This document shows positions 19,668 to 27,855 of a stretch of 64,000 nt of DNA, in pieces. A program made the position numbers and the translations under genes. The notes under the pieces were generated by a model. The model was given only the letters and a program-made list of their open reading frames with translations, was not told where the DNA came from and ran no database searches. Every line of letters begins with the position of its first letter. Within the stretch, counting starts at the first letter, position 1. This DNA is from a virus: the IMG/VR virus record IMGVR_UViG_3300045988_105168, positions 32,001 through 96,000 of that record; one strand, written 5' to 3'.

Positions 19668-20303
19668 TTACATTTCTAATAACTTGTTTTCTACAAACCA
19701 AGCAAATTTTTTTACTGCATCCTTGTTTAAACTACTTATCTTATCGTTACAAAATTGTACTGCCACAAAACCAACTGGCTCATTATTTGTGTTATAAATA
19801 ACTACGTCATAAAAACCTTTAATACCCATAGTATGTTTCAAACTATAAGTAGATGGCATTGTTTCTTTTAAATCTTCTAAATCTTTCACCAATAATTCCC
19901 CTTTATCTAATAATACTTTTAGAAAGTTAGGAATAACGCTAAGAGGAATACCAGATAAAACGTTTAAACAACTAGCAACCCCATATCGACAAGTCTCATA
20001 GGTACAAGTTGTTTTTAATGCACTACGACCATTAGCATAGTGATTACCATTATGGAATTCATATACTTGCACTCTATCAGCACCTAATAATTCTTTTAGG
20101 TGGTCTGCCTCCTTAATAATTTCATAATCCAAATCTGATTGTCTTTTAATATGTTTTGACACATCAGTCTTTTTATCTTTAAATTCCTTGTCTAGCTTGG
20201 TTTTAAAAGTTTTAAAAGACATATAGGCAGTGGCTGCAATAGCTCCACAAACTGTTCCGATAAACTGTATATTTTCCCACGATAACAATTCTTTCCAGTC
20301 CAT
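19668..20303 (-). CDS. membrane-anchored hypothetical protein
   Basis: 211 aa with an N-terminal TM helix (FIGTVCGAIAATAYMSF). GGAGGGG SD upstream. Confidence 0.5.
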   Translation of the reverse strand: MDWKELLSWENIQFIGTVCGAIAATAYMSFKTFKTKLDKEFKDKKTDVSKHIKRQSDLDYEIIKEADHLKELLGADRVQVYEFHNGNHYANGRSALKTTCTYETCRYGVASCLNVLSGIPLSVIPNFLKVLLDKGELLVKDLEDLKETMPSTYSLKHTMGIKGFYDVVIYNTNNEPVGFVAVQFCNDKISSLNKDAVKKFAWFVENKLLEM

Positions 20304-20333
20304 CTGACCCCTCCTAACATTACGTCTTTATTA

Positions 20334-20383
20334 CGGCATAGAGCTTGGGAGTTGAACCCAATTAATTCCCACCGAAACTCTAT
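20334..20383 (-). ncRNA. tRNA-like acceptor/T-arm minihelix (not a full tRNA)
   Basis: Minus strand ATAGAGT (7-nt 5' acceptor strand), 15 nt, TTGGG-TTCAACT-CCCAA (5-bp stem with a 7-nt T-loop-like loop), GCTCTAT (3' acceptor strand), then G-CC-G. It has no D or anticodon arm. Confidence 0.3.
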
Positions 20384-20398
20384 ATAAAAATGAAGAGA

Positions 20399-20722
20399 TT
20401 AATATAAAACCTCTTCTCCTCTATGATAAGTATTCTTTTTATTAATAGTGATTTTTTCGCCATTTTTATTTATTACATAATATGAAGGTGTGGCTACTAA
20501 AACTTTGCAAGGAACCTTTGGCTCTTTCTTTTTAGTAGTACGTGTTCTTGGTGCACGAGTTGCTGTTTTAGTTTCTTCAACTAATTTATCAGCTACTACA
20601 GTAGTAACATCTTCAACAATTTTATCAACTGTTTCTTCTGTCACATTTTTTGTTGCATCTATAGTTAATTCTATAGTCTTTTCTTCAACCTTCTTATTAT
20701 TTTTGTTTTTGAATATTTTCAT
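20399..20722 (-). CDS. hypothetical protein
   Basis: 107-aa ORF with a Lys/Glu/Thr-rich N-half. Overlaps the upstream ORF by 26 nt. Confidence 0.45.
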   Translation of the reverse strand: MKIFKNKNNKKVEEKTIELTIDATKNVTEETVDKIVEDVTTVVADKLVEETKTATRAPRTRTTKKKEPKVPCKVLVATPSYYVINKNGEKITINKKNTYHRGEEVLY

Positions 20723-20894
20723 ATTTTTTCTCCTCTCTTACTAATCTAGGACATTTTTCCCAGTCGTCTGTATGTATTACCTTATTCTGCTTATGGCAGA
20801 ATTTTTGTTTTAAACAACAATTACCTGTCAAAGAGCAGTTTAAAAACTGCTCAAAGACACTTTTGGTAATATATTTACTATACTTGCAATACAT
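20697..20894 (-). CDS. small Cys-rich hypothetical protein
   Basis: 65 aa with 7 Cys, directly after the major tail gene. Confidence 0.4.
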   Translation of the reverse strand: MYCKYSKYITKSVFEQFLNCSLTGNCCLKQKFCHKQNKVIHTDDWEKCPRLVREEKKYENIQKQK

Positions 20895-20899
20895 AATTA

Positions 20900-21928
20900 T
20901 TATTCAACTGTTACAATAATGTTAGCGTCGATTTCAGGAACGTCTGTGATAGTTGCTTTAATAGTAGCTGTACCAGCAGCAACACCAACAACAATTCCTC
21001 CATCAGCTGTAGCTGTAGCAGTTTTATCACTACTGAAAGTTAATCCTGAAGTAGGAGCTAAGAAAGCAGCAGAACCATCATTTTTGATTGCATAAACTTG
21101 TAACTCTTTAGAAGTTCCGTCAGCAATAGTGAAGTCTCCACCTTTGATAGCTAATGCTACAACACCATCATACCAGTTTGCACCAGTAATCTTTTCAGTG
21201 ATTGTTGCATAAACAGGTCTATTTCCGTCACATCCACCAGCATTTTCTGTAGAAGCTAAAGCTCTTACTGATAATGGAGTTTGAGCTACTGAGTCTGGTG
21301 TCATACTTAATGTAAATGCACCTGTCATAGAAGCTCTAGGTACTTCGATTTGAACTGTACCAATTTGGTTAGTTGTAGAGTCAGAACTTGCTAAAGTACC
21401 AACCATAACTAATCTAATTACTGATGGTAACATATCAGCATATACTGTAACTTGACGAGCAGCAGCATCGTTTGTATAGTATCTTACGCAAACTGTTCCA
21501 TTGTAATCAGCATCAGATAAATTGAAGCTTGTACCTGTGAAAGCAACTCTTTCTACTGTTCCGTCTTCTTTAGTAACCCATCCATAAATAGTTTGAGATG
21601 AGATTGCTAATGGAGAACCAACAACATTTCCTGCACCGTTAGCGATAACAACACTTTCTTCTGTCCAAACATTAGCACCAGTTGTGATTGATGAACCAGT
21701 ATTTAATGCTAAGAATTCTAAAGAGAATTGTGCTTCATTAATAGTGATATTCATTTCAGCTGTATGATAATAGATATATTGTAATTGGTTACCTTTACCA
21801 GCTCTAACGTCAGTGTTAGATAATGTAGTTTCGATAGAACTATCTAATAAAGTTTTACCAACGAATAATAAGTTATCGTTAGAGTCATAACCATATACAT
21901 CAGCTGTACTAACTAAAAACTTTTTCAT
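20900..21928 (-). CDS. major tail protein with C-terminal Ig-like (Big_2-type) domain
   Basis: 342 aa with strong SD AGAGGAGG. Ig-like tail TFSSDKTATATADGGIVVGVAAGTATIKATITD. Codon and position pattern fit a highly expressed structural gene. Confidence 0.6.
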   Translation of the reverse strand: MKKFLVSTADVYGYDSNDNLLFVGKTLLDSSIETTLSNTDVRAGKGNQLQYIYYHTAEMNITINEAQFSLEFLALNTGSSITTGANVWTEESVVIANGAGNVVGSPLAISSQTIYGWVTKEDGTVERVAFTGTSFNLSDADYNGTVCVRYYTNDAAARQVTVYADMLPSVIRLVMVGTLASSDSTTNQIGTVQIEVPRASMTGAFTLSMTPDSVAQTPLSVRALASTENAGGCDGNRPVYATITEKITGANWYDGVVALAIKGGDFTIADGTSKELQVYAIKNDGSAAFLAPTSGLTFSSDKTATATADGGIVVGVAAGTATIKATITDVPEIDANIIVTVE

Positions 21929-21959
21929 ATATATTTTCCTCCTCTTATTATTGATTTAA

Positions 21960-21973
21960 TTTTATATTAAACT
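21960..21973 (-). promoter_or_regulatory. shared late-gene upstream motif AGTTTAATATAAAA (copy 1, upstream of the major tail gene)
   Basis: An identical 14-mer is also found at 27253-27266 upstream of the capsid gene. Here TTTAGA lies 17 nt upstream of TAATAT. Confidence 0.35.
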
Positions 21974-22005
21974 ATTTTCTTTTATATCTAAATAGTAAAG
22001 ATGTT

Positions 22006-22764
22006 TTATTTATTTGCGCCTTCAATTTTATTACGCATTTCTTCCATATCTACTTTTACGTCAGCGTATCTATCGTCTTTAGATAAATCATCCATCCAGT
22101 GTTTAATTACACTGTCATCTTTAAATTTAACCATACCAGACATAGATGCACTTAAATAAATTTCGTAATGGAGTTTAGCATCTACTCTTTGTAGAATTTT
22201 CTCAAACTTTCTTATAGTTAACTCGTATATGTCATTCATCTTTAAAGAAGTAGAAATTAAAACACATATCATTTGTTCTTCTAAAGAACACATTTTTCTT
22301 TTGTTTTGTTGCATTTTATATTGTTCTGCTTTTTCTAAAGCATCTCTGATTTCTTTTTGAATTGTCTCATCAATAGGAGTAATACAATTTTGCTCAAAAA
22401 TAATCTTAGTAATCGCATCAAAATCATCTGCGTTATATTCTACATTATTAATCTTAAAAAATGCTTTGTCATTCTTGTCAACATAAAAATACATTTCAGA
22501 ATTTATATCTATATGTAAAACCATACACAACAACGCTTTTATCATATATACATAAGGCTCTTCATTAACTGCCGAGCAATAATAAAGAAAGCGTAAATAA
22601 GACATACTAATAATGTTAATGTCAGGTATACTATTCTTATCTATCAATAAACAACTTACCAACCAATGAAATTCTATATAGTCTTTCATTGTTGCTGGAT
22701 AAATCTTTAATTCTTTATATGAGATAGGCTCATCAAAATATAATTCTTTAATGTGCTCTAACAT
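22006..22764 (-). CDS. hypothetical head-tail module protein
   Basis: 252-aa ORF, tightly packed. No motif recognised. Confidence 0.5.
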   Translation of the reverse strand: MLEHIKELYFDEPISYKELKIYPATMKDYIEFHWLVSCLLIDKNSIPDINIISMSYLRFLYYCSAVNEEPYVYMIKALLCMVLHIDINSEMYFYVDKNDKAFFKINNVEYNADDFDAITKIIFEQNCITPIDETIQKEIRDALEKAEQYKMQQNKRKMCSLEEQMICVLISTSLKMNDIYELTIRKFEKILQRVDAKLHYEIYLSASMSGMVKFKDDSVIKHWMDDLSKDDRYADVKVDMEEMRNKIEGANK

Positions 22765-22766
22765 AA

Positions 22767-23315
22767 TTATCCCATATTGACAGACATTTTTAACAACTTA
22801 CCTTTAAAAGGTTTTTGTCCTATTGTCTGTACTTTATCATATCTACTAGCTTGATTATCAAAAAATAATACTCCTACACCACCAACATCAGCACCATTTA
22901 AAACTTTCAACAACGTCTGAATAATTACATCAACTCTAGTTGTATAATTAGATAAATGATTAATTTTACCGTGTGTGAACACTTCGATATTAATCGTACA
23001 TATACCTGTAACTCTGTTTTGTGGATAAATTTCAGCAGGATAAATTCTAAGTAATGTTTTCATTTCATCTTCAGCATCATCCATCATATAATCAAAAAAT
23101 ACATTATAATTAGATAAAATTGCCTCACCGTTATAAATCAACTTAGCTTTCTCCTCTGCTGTTAAATTTGGGCGACTATAAGCATCGGCATCATTATACT
23201 TTAATAACTTCCATATAATTTCTGCGTCTGGATTAGTCATTAAATGTTCTATAATTTTGTAAGAAAGATTAGTCATACTTTCATAAGTAGCATATTCTTT
23301 TTCAACTGTTACCAT
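22767..23315 (-). CDS. hypothetical head-tail module protein
   Basis: 182-aa ORF, tightly packed. Confidence 0.5.
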   Translation of the reverse strand: MVTVEKEYATYESMTNLSYKIIEHLMTNPDAEIIWKLLKYNDADAYSRPNLTAEEKAKLIYNGEAILSNYNVFFDYMMDDAEDEMKTLLRIYPAEIYPQNRVTGICTINIEVFTHGKINHLSNYTTRVDVIIQTLLKVLNGADVGGVGVLFFDNQASRYDKVQTIGQKPFKGKLLKMSVNMG

Positions 23316-24604
23316 TAGTATAACCCCCTTAATTTAATTGATAGTTCTACACTATAATCTCCACAAGAGCATCTTACAATTACAGGACTACCCATATACA
23401 TACCTTGATTAGTTAAAGTAAATGTATTATTATCTCCACCAGTAATTACATACTTACCACTAGGAATACCTGTAGATAAATCTGTAAAAGTTACTTCATC
23501 CGCTTGTTTTATACCATTTTTGTATAAATTGACTGAAAATTGTTGTGATTTGTTTTGTAAAACATAAGTGATATTTGGGTCTACAATCAATTCGTATACA
23601 TCCTCTGTTGGTTCCTCTACAACACTAATATTAACACTAGACGTTATATCTGTACCTTCTATCGTTGCCGTTAAAACAACATCTCCCAAAGCCTTTGCTG
23701 TAGCAATATTATCAACTATTTCTACAACAGCCTCATCAGACGTACTCCAAACAATATTTGCCTCTGTAAGTTCTTTAGAACCTTTATAAGCAGTCGCCTC
23801 TAATACTTCACTTTCGTTAATATTTAAAGCGTTAATTGTATCACCAATATTTATTGTAACCTCATTTAAGTATGCATTAGCAAAACCATTTTCTATATCG
23901 TCAAATAATGGATTAATTTCATAATGGTCAATATAAAACTCAGTAATAGTAGGAGAATTATCATCCATAGTTACACCGTTCATATAGTTTTTAGTACCAC
24001 CACCATAAAGTCTAAAAGCAACTCTTTGTTCTGGTGTACCAAATAAAAATCTATCATTTGCTTTAATGGTTACTGTATTCTTATTACGTTGACACCATAC
24101 TTTTTGTTCACCGTTACCAACTATGATTTCCATAGTATCTTCGTTGTTTGCAAAACGTAAAGTGTAATCCATAATACAAGGTTCATAAACCTTTTGACCA
24201 TTTGCGTCAAAAAATCTAAGCACGTTGTTACAACGTCTAACCTCTGCTGTTACAGTCATACTCGCATAAGTGTTTGTATTAATAACTAACCAGTAACTTC
24301 CCTTCCAACGAAATTTCATTCCATAATAAGGTTCTACTGGAAAATCTGGTGCGAATATAAAAGTTTTATAATCGTCACCTAAAATGATACCCGTATTATA
24401 ATTTAATACAGTATCTACACGAACTTTATTAATAAAGGCAAAATCATTTTCGCCATAAGTTTGTTCGTACTCAATCTCGTCATAAACGACATTTGGGGCA
24501 TTATCAAAACTAAAATCTAATATTGCAGCATAATCTGCATAATACGATGCTTTTGGATTTGGCTGTCTAATCTTATTAGCAGCTTCGTAATATTTAAGAC
24601 TCAT
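23315..24604 (-). CDS. structural protein with Ig-like (Big_2-type) domains
   Basis: 429 aa. The C-terminal half has Big_2-like repeats (VWSTSDEAVVEIVDNIATAKALGDVVLTATIEG). Confidence 0.5.
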   Translation of the reverse strand: MSLKYYEAANKIRQPNPKASYYADYAAILDFSFDNAPNVVYDEIEYEQTYGENDFAFINKVRVDTVLNYNTGIILGDDYKTFIFAPDFPVEPYYGMKFRWKGSYWLVINTNTYASMTVTAEVRRCNNVLRFFDANGQKVYEPCIMDYTLRFANNEDTMEIIVGNGEQKVWCQRNKNTVTIKANDRFLFGTPEQRVAFRLYGGGTKNYMNGVTMDDNSPTITEFYIDHYEINPLFDDIENGFANAYLNEVTINIGDTINALNINESEVLEATAYKGSKELTEANIVWSTSDEAVVEIVDNIATAKALGDVVLTATIEGTDITSSVNISVVEEPTEDVYELIVDPNITYVLQNKSQQFSVNLYKNGIKQADEVTFTDLSTGIPSGKYVITGGDNNTFTLTNQGMYMGSPVIVRCSCGDYSVELSIKLRGLY

Positions 24605-24962
24605 CGTTTAAAATTACATCTATCATATTGTTGATAAGCTTCGTACAATGATGAACGATGTATTTAACCCTATCGTGCTCATCTTCTGTAAAGTCTTGCA
24701 TACCAACTAAGATATAAACAAGCTCTACATAGTACTGATTATCTTGCCAAATTTTACTTGCACCTGAGACTTTAGTAATTAAAAAACATAAGTGCTTTTG
24801 ATAATTCTCATATGCCTCCTCACGAGAATAAACCACTTCGTTTTCTTTATTTTTACCTTCAAATATAGGTAGAGTCTTCCAACATTGATTAATTAAGATT
24901 TTTAATGATTGAATTGTTGCATTATCATCTAATTGAAAATTACTATAATTCATAGTTGCCAT
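24594..24962 (-). CDS. hypothetical head-tail connector module protein
   Basis: 122-aa ORF overlapping both neighbours by a few codons. Confidence 0.5.
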   Translation of the reverse strand: MATMNYSNFQLDDNATIQSLKILINQCWKTLPIFEGKNKENEVVYSREEAYENYQKHLCFLITKVSGASKIWQDNQYYVELVYILVGMQDFTEDEHDRVKYIVHHCTKLINNMIDVILNDES

Positions 24963-25398
24963 TAGCCCACCCCTTCCAATCGGTGTGTTTTAAACTATAA
25001 ACTGTTTGTTTATGTTTAACATCTTCAACCATTTGTACTCTATGGTCGGCTTTTGCTTTTAAGTTGTTAGCTTCAGAGTATCTATGTGCTTCAGTTCTAT
25101 TTTGAAGCATAGAAGTAATTTGACGAGTGTCATTTATCTCTTTATCTAACCACATAATTGCAGTCCAGTCAGCAAGAATAGACTTCTCTAAATCGTCAAG
25201 TATAATATTAAATTGATGATTTTCGTCATCTCTGTCTGATAGGTCTTTTACGCAATTTTCAAAATTGGATAAGCCCCTAATCATAAATCCCTCTAAAATC
25301 AACTTAAATTCAGCTGGCGACTCTGTAGAAAGTTTGTTTAACCTATAATCTTCAATAGAGACTAATGCTAAGTCTAATATGTCATCATATGGTGTCAT
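24943..25398 (-). CDS. hypothetical head-tail connector module protein
   Basis: 151-aa ORF. Confidence 0.5.
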   Translation of the reverse strand: MTPYDDILDLALVSIEDYRLNKLSTESPAEFKLILEGFMIRGLSNFENCVKDLSDRDDENHQFNIILDDLEKSILADWTAIMWLDKEINDTRQITSMLQNRTEAHRYSEANNLKAKADHRVQMVEDVKHKQTVYSLKHTDWKGWANGNYEL

Positions 25399-25412
25399 AT
25401 TTCCAGCCTCCT

Positions 25413-26027
25413 TTAATTTTCGTTAGCTAATAACTCCTTATTAAACTCAATACTCTCTAAAAGGTTTACGTTTAAAGAGTCATTGATGTATTGCACAATA
25501 TTCATATCAACACTGTTCTTGTTTTTAGTCAATTTTTCTACTACAACATCTCTAAAGATTTCTTTTTGAGTTTGTGTCATAGAGTCAAAAATTGCTTGGA
25601 ATTTACTACGTTCAGCAGACAATAATTCTAACAAATCATTCTTACTTAGGATTTTTTTATAATCATTAGTTAAATGTTCTGTCTTAACGATTTCATCGTC
25701 AGCAATATAGCATTTTCCTCCCTTAATAAAACTTTTGTTGTTTTTAATAATTCTTCTAGCATCTGAATAAGGAATAGATTGTTCTTCCCCAAATTCATTA
25801 AACGTATAAATTGTTCCACCACCATTAGGTTCTGTAGATAAATTTAACGTATAATTACATAAAGATATAAATACTACATCTCTTTCTCCAGTGTTAGCAA
25901 CAGGTTGCGCTGTTCCACCTTGTTTTATTAATAATTGAACTAGGTTGTTTAATTCTTCAATGGTTTTTTCCATATCTTTAATTTTTTTAGCATCGCTACT
26001 TTTATTTGTTTGTTTTGTTTGTGCCAT
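25413..26027 (-). CDS. hypothetical head module protein
   Basis: 204-aa ORF with an SD upstream. First gene after the capsid terminator. Confidence 0.5.
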   Translation of the reverse strand: MAQTKQTNKSSDAKKIKDMEKTIEELNNLVQLLIKQGGTAQPVANTGERDVVFISLCNYTLNLSTEPNGGGTIYTFNEFGEEQSIPYSDARRIIKNNKSFIKGGKCYIADDEIVKTEHLTNDYKKILSKNDLLELLSAERSKFQAIFDSMTQTQKEIFRDVVVEKLTKNKNSVDMNIVQYINDSLNVNLLESIEFNKELLANEN

Positions 26028-26054
26028 ATTTTATCTCTCCTTTTTTTCTAAATT

Positions 26055-26085
26055 AAAATAAAGAGAGGCCTCTATGAAGCCTCTC
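26055..26085 (-). terminator. rho-independent terminator after the major capsid gene
   Basis: Minus strand GAGAGGCTTC-ata-GAGGCCTCTC (10-bp stem with one G-U pair) followed by TTTATTTT. Confidence 0.8.
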
Positions 26086-26107
26086 CAAATAAATTCAAAT
26101 GTTATAA

Positions 26108-27205
26108 TTATGCTAATTCAATAACACCTGCTAATGCAGAACTAATAGCACCTACACCATAAGATTTGTATAATGTAGCTGTTTGTTGTAAGTTAGCATT
26201 TGCATAGTTACCTTCAACATTAGATAATGTAGAACCTTCAACGAATACTTTAACCATTTTATCAGTACCTGGGCAGATTACATAAATTTTGCTGTCATCT
26301 AATTTAACTGCAAATTCAGTTGTATAGTCTGCAACTTGTTCTAATTCAACAGTTGAGATACCCATAAAGTCTCTCATATAACCAACTTTAACATATTCAT
26401 CTCCTAATAAGATACGAGAATTAGTTGATGCTGGTAAAATTTTAGATAAAGCTAATTTAGTACCTAAGAATACTGGTTTAGCTCCACCATTCCAAGCTTG
26501 AACTTTTTGAGCTAAAGCGATAGCAGTATCTTGAGAGAAACCTGCAATTCTTAATTGGCTAGCTCCAGTTGTGTTTGGAAGTGCATTCATAGCAGCTGCA
26601 AAAGCATCGTAAATATCATATTTCATTTGAGTTTCCATAGATAATACTGCTTTAGCAACGAATTCAGCTAAAGAATAAGTTCCTTTTAATACATCATATA
26701 AAGATACTCCAACTGTAATTCCGTGAGCTTCAGGAACGATAGTTTTTTCTCCTTTGAATTGACGAGTGATGTCATAAGTTCTACGATTTCTTCCACCTTT
26801 TGAAACGATGAATAAATCTCTTGGTTTAAGTTCAACTTTTAAGCTGTCTCCCCAACCACCATTTTTGATTTCAGCAATCATTCCTAAATCTTTAATTAAA
26901 GCATCTGGGATGATTAAGTCAGTTAACATACCAACAACAGCGAAGGCTGCTTCTTTAACGTCACTGAAATTGCAGTATTGAGCTAAATCAGCACAATCTG
27001 ATTGTTTCTTACCTGATAATCTTTCGATTTCATCAGAGAAGAATGTTAACATTTTTTCATTCATTTCAGAAAAACTAACACCATTGGCATTTTGAGTTTT
27101 TCCTTCTTTATATAAGCTGTAGTATTCTACAAAGTTTGTGTATCCTTCTTTTCTTTCAGCACTATCTGCTGTAAAAGCTAAGACACTATTTGGTAATTTT
27201 GCCAT
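26108..27205 (-). CDS. major capsid protein
   Basis: 365 aa. Strong SD AGAGGAGG, own upstream motif and a strong downstream terminator. Position after the scaffold. The composition fits a capsid protein. Confidence 0.65.
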   Translation of the reverse strand: MAKLPNSVLAFTADSAERKEGYTNFVEYYSLYKEGKTQNANGVSFSEMNEKMLTFFSDEIERLSGKKQSDCADLAQYCNFSDVKEAAFAVVGMLTDLIIPDALIKDLGMIAEIKNGGWGDSLKVELKPRDLFIVSKGGRNRRTYDITRQFKGEKTIVPEAHGITVGVSLYDVLKGTYSLAEFVAKAVLSMETQMKYDIYDAFAAAMNALPNTTGASQLRIAGFSQDTAIALAQKVQAWNGGAKPVFLGTKLALSKILPASTNSRILLGDEYVKVGYMRDFMGISTVELEQVADYTTEFAVKLDDSKIYVICPGTDKMVKVFVEGSTLSNVEGNYANANLQQTATLYKSYGVGAISSALAGVIELA

Positions 27206-27252
27206 ATTATATTTCCTCCTCTTTCATTTAGTAATTTTGTTTTTTATTATTT

Positions 27253-27266
27253 TTTTATATTAAACT
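27253..27266 (-). promoter_or_regulatory. shared late-gene upstream motif AGTTTAATATAAAA (copy 2, upstream of the capsid gene)
   Basis: Identical 14-mer to 21960-21973. Confidence 0.35.
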
Positions 27267-27280
27267 TTCTATTCTTCTAA

Positions 27281-27811
27281 TTAGTTAGCTACACATTCTA
27301 ATAAGTAAGCAGTAACTCTTTGAGAACCAATATTGTTTGCACTAGCAACAGAGATATAAGTAGTTTCAACAACTTTGAAGCTTAATCCTTCAACAGCAGC
27401 AGCAGCGAATGATAATTTGTTGCTTCCAGCAGTTGCAACAGCGTAAGCAGCAGCTTCTCCTGTGATACCATCAGCAGAAATTAATACTAAATCTCCTACT
27501 TGTGGTTTAAATCCACTAAATACAACTCCAGCAGTATTAGTGAATGCTCTTGGGTCTAAAGTACCAACTTTGAATTGGTTTCCTAATCCATCAGTTAATA
27601 CAACATCTTCTGGACTATAAGCCATCCATAAACCAGTTAATTCTGCTGGTGCAGTTGCTTCATATACTTGACTTTCATTAGCATTTGCTGAAAGTTCTCC
27701 TTTTCCAAATACGTTTCCATTATCTAAATCTACTTCTCCGATGAAACTTCTATTTAAAGCATCAACATTTTTAGCAGTAGTTAAAGTTGGAATTAAAATT
27801 GATTTTGCCAT
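27281..27811 (-). CDS. head protein (decoration or auxiliary capsid protein by position)
   Basis: 176 aa, strong SD AGAGGAGG, between scaffold and capsid. Confidence 0.4.
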   Translation of the reverse strand: MAKSILIPTLTTAKNVDALNRSFIGEVDLDNGNVFGKGELSANANESQVYEATAPAELTGLWMAYSPEDVVLTDGLGNQFKVGTLDPRAFTNTAGVVFSGFKPQVGDLVLISADGITGEAAAYAVATAGSNKLSFAAAAVEGLSFKVVETTYISVASANNIGSQRVTAYLLECVAN

Positions 27812-27855
27812 ATTATTTTTCCTCCTCTTTCATTTTTAATTTATTTTCTAATTTA

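Noticed and set aside
20697-20722. Programmed frameshift joining the 65-aa and 107-aa ORFs as a tail-chaperone G/GT pair (A AAA AAA heptamer in phase).
   Set aside because: A -1 slip at that heptamer immediately meets TGA. The downstream ORF is in the +1/-2 frame and has its own ATG. The evidence is insufficient.
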